NCBI GenBank assembly: GCA_029856365.1
Contig: JAHQWW010000081.1
Span: 1 to 16,695 of the forward strand
Reading direction: 5' to 3'
DNA length: 16,695 nt
Origin: Candidatus Hodarchaeota archaeon
GTDB taxonomy: Archaea; Asgardarchaeota; Heimdallarchaeia; Hodarchaeales; Hodarchaeaceae
Shown in pieces: positions 15,892 to 16,695 of this stretch (the first letter of the stretch is position 1; every line of letters starts with the position of its first letter). A program made the position numbers and the translations under genes. A model generated the notes under the pieces. That model had not been told where the DNA came from. It did no database searches and worked only from the letters and a program-made list of their open reading frames with translations.

Positions 15892-16536
15892 CTAAATACC
15901 TTGAAAGATAATCAAGCGATCTTCTAGCTCGTTTAAATCTCTGATCACAAATTTTCCGCTCTTTTTCCCAGTTCTGTCCAGGTGGAAGCTCTTAATTCCT
16001 ATTTTTCTTGGAGAAATGAAATCAGAATACCAGTTATCGCCAACGTGTGCTATTTTATTAGGTTCAGTATCTAAAATCTTACAGATCATTTCAAACATTT
16101 GAGGCGTCTTCTTAATTTCGTTTCTATCCGATATAGCAGAAAAAATATGTTTGAAATAATGTCTAACCTTCTCGATCATAATTTCAATTATTTCTCTCGT
16201 CGTTCCGCTAAGAATGATTAAATCATATTTCTGACTGAGTTTTTTTACCACTGACTCGGTTTCTGGGTAAAATTTTACTTTATTGATATGAGATTTAAAA
16301 ACTTCTATTGGATCTTCATCTAAATTGAAATGTTTGAACCAGTATGAAGGTAGATACCATCTTATGTCCCTATTTCCGACATTATTGTATTCTCTTAGAA
16401 TAAATTCTTTTGCTTCCTCAAAGTTCATGGCTTGTTTCCTAGCATATAATTGGGGAATCATTGTATTCCAAACATGATCTTCAAAGCTAGAATCTAGGAG
16501 GGTGCCAACCACATCAAAAGAAACAACTTTTAACAT
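15892..16536 (-). CDS. HAD-superfamily hydrolase (subfamily IA)
   Basis: Motif I SFDVVGTL, motif II ILSGT, motif III KK, motif IV HVGDNWYSD. ATG at 16536 preferred; GTG 16545 possible. Confidence 0.9.
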   Translation of the reverse strand: MLKVVSFDVVGTLLDSSFEDHVWNTMIPQLYARKQAMNFEEAKEFILREYNNVGNRDIRWYLPSYWFKHFNLDEDPIEVFKSHINKVKFYPETESVVKKLSQKYDLIILSGTTREIIEIMIEKVRHYFKHIFSAISDRNEIKKTPQMFEMICKILDTEPNKIAHVGDNWYSDFISPRKIGIKSFHLDRTGKKSGKFVIRDLNELEDRLIIFQGI

Positions 16537-16555
16537 GGGATTCACATTTACATGA

Positions 16556-16693
16556 TTAGTATTCTTTAAAAATTATTGGTGCTAATCCAGCCATCAGAAT
16601 TTCAACATTATTACTATGGCAAATCCCCGTGTTGTCATATGGTATCATATATTTTTGTAATCTAAACCAGCCTTTTACGGCATTTAATTTAGT
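16556..16693 (-). CDS. Possible 3' end of an upstream gene (unidentified)
   Basis: Open frame from the window edge, TKLNAVKGWFRLQKYMIPYDNTGICHSNNVEILMAGLAPIIFKEY*, ending ~20 nt before the HAD start; no recognisable motif. Confidence 0.25.
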   Translation of the reverse strand, partial: TKLNAVKGWFRLQKYMIPYDNTGICHSNNVEILMAGLAPIIFKEY

Positions 16694-16695
16694 TA

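Overview
AT-rich archaeal window, probably Asgard (Heimdallarchaeia-like). This is inferred from Alba, GGTGA/GAGGT ribosome-binding sites, TATA boxes, a PGF-CTERM-like surface protein and a 'DGxITxEE' repeat protein. It opens with a ferrous-iron uptake operon (3' end of feoA, feoB, an uncharacterised 4-TM protein, a 3-Cys FeoC-like winged helix) and a long-chain acyl-CoA ligase. An accessory stretch follows: two AbrB-fold proteins divergent from an ABC-2 exporter, an alkyltransferase-like protein, two TIGR04076 proteins, a Kelch surface protein, an MBL hydrolase, an NTF2-like protein, a NUDIX hydrolase and an alpha/beta hydrolase. It ends with an orphan Zn-knuckle/tandem winged-helix gene convergent on alba, and a HAD hydrolase. 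Signals not shown by the ORF track: three back-to-back perfect palindromes between the orphan winged-helix gene and alba; a -1 frameshift splitting the NUDIX gene, which also carries an SH3-like insert; PfkB-kinase and ABC-2-permease gene remnants; and palindromic operator candidates. The best candidates for undescribed biology are the wHTH-palindrome-Alba module, the AbrB fused to three TerB/EF-hand-like repeats, and the four-gene feo operon. No rRNA, tRNA, CRISPR or transposase was recognised. All assignments come from motif recognition by eye; no searches were run.
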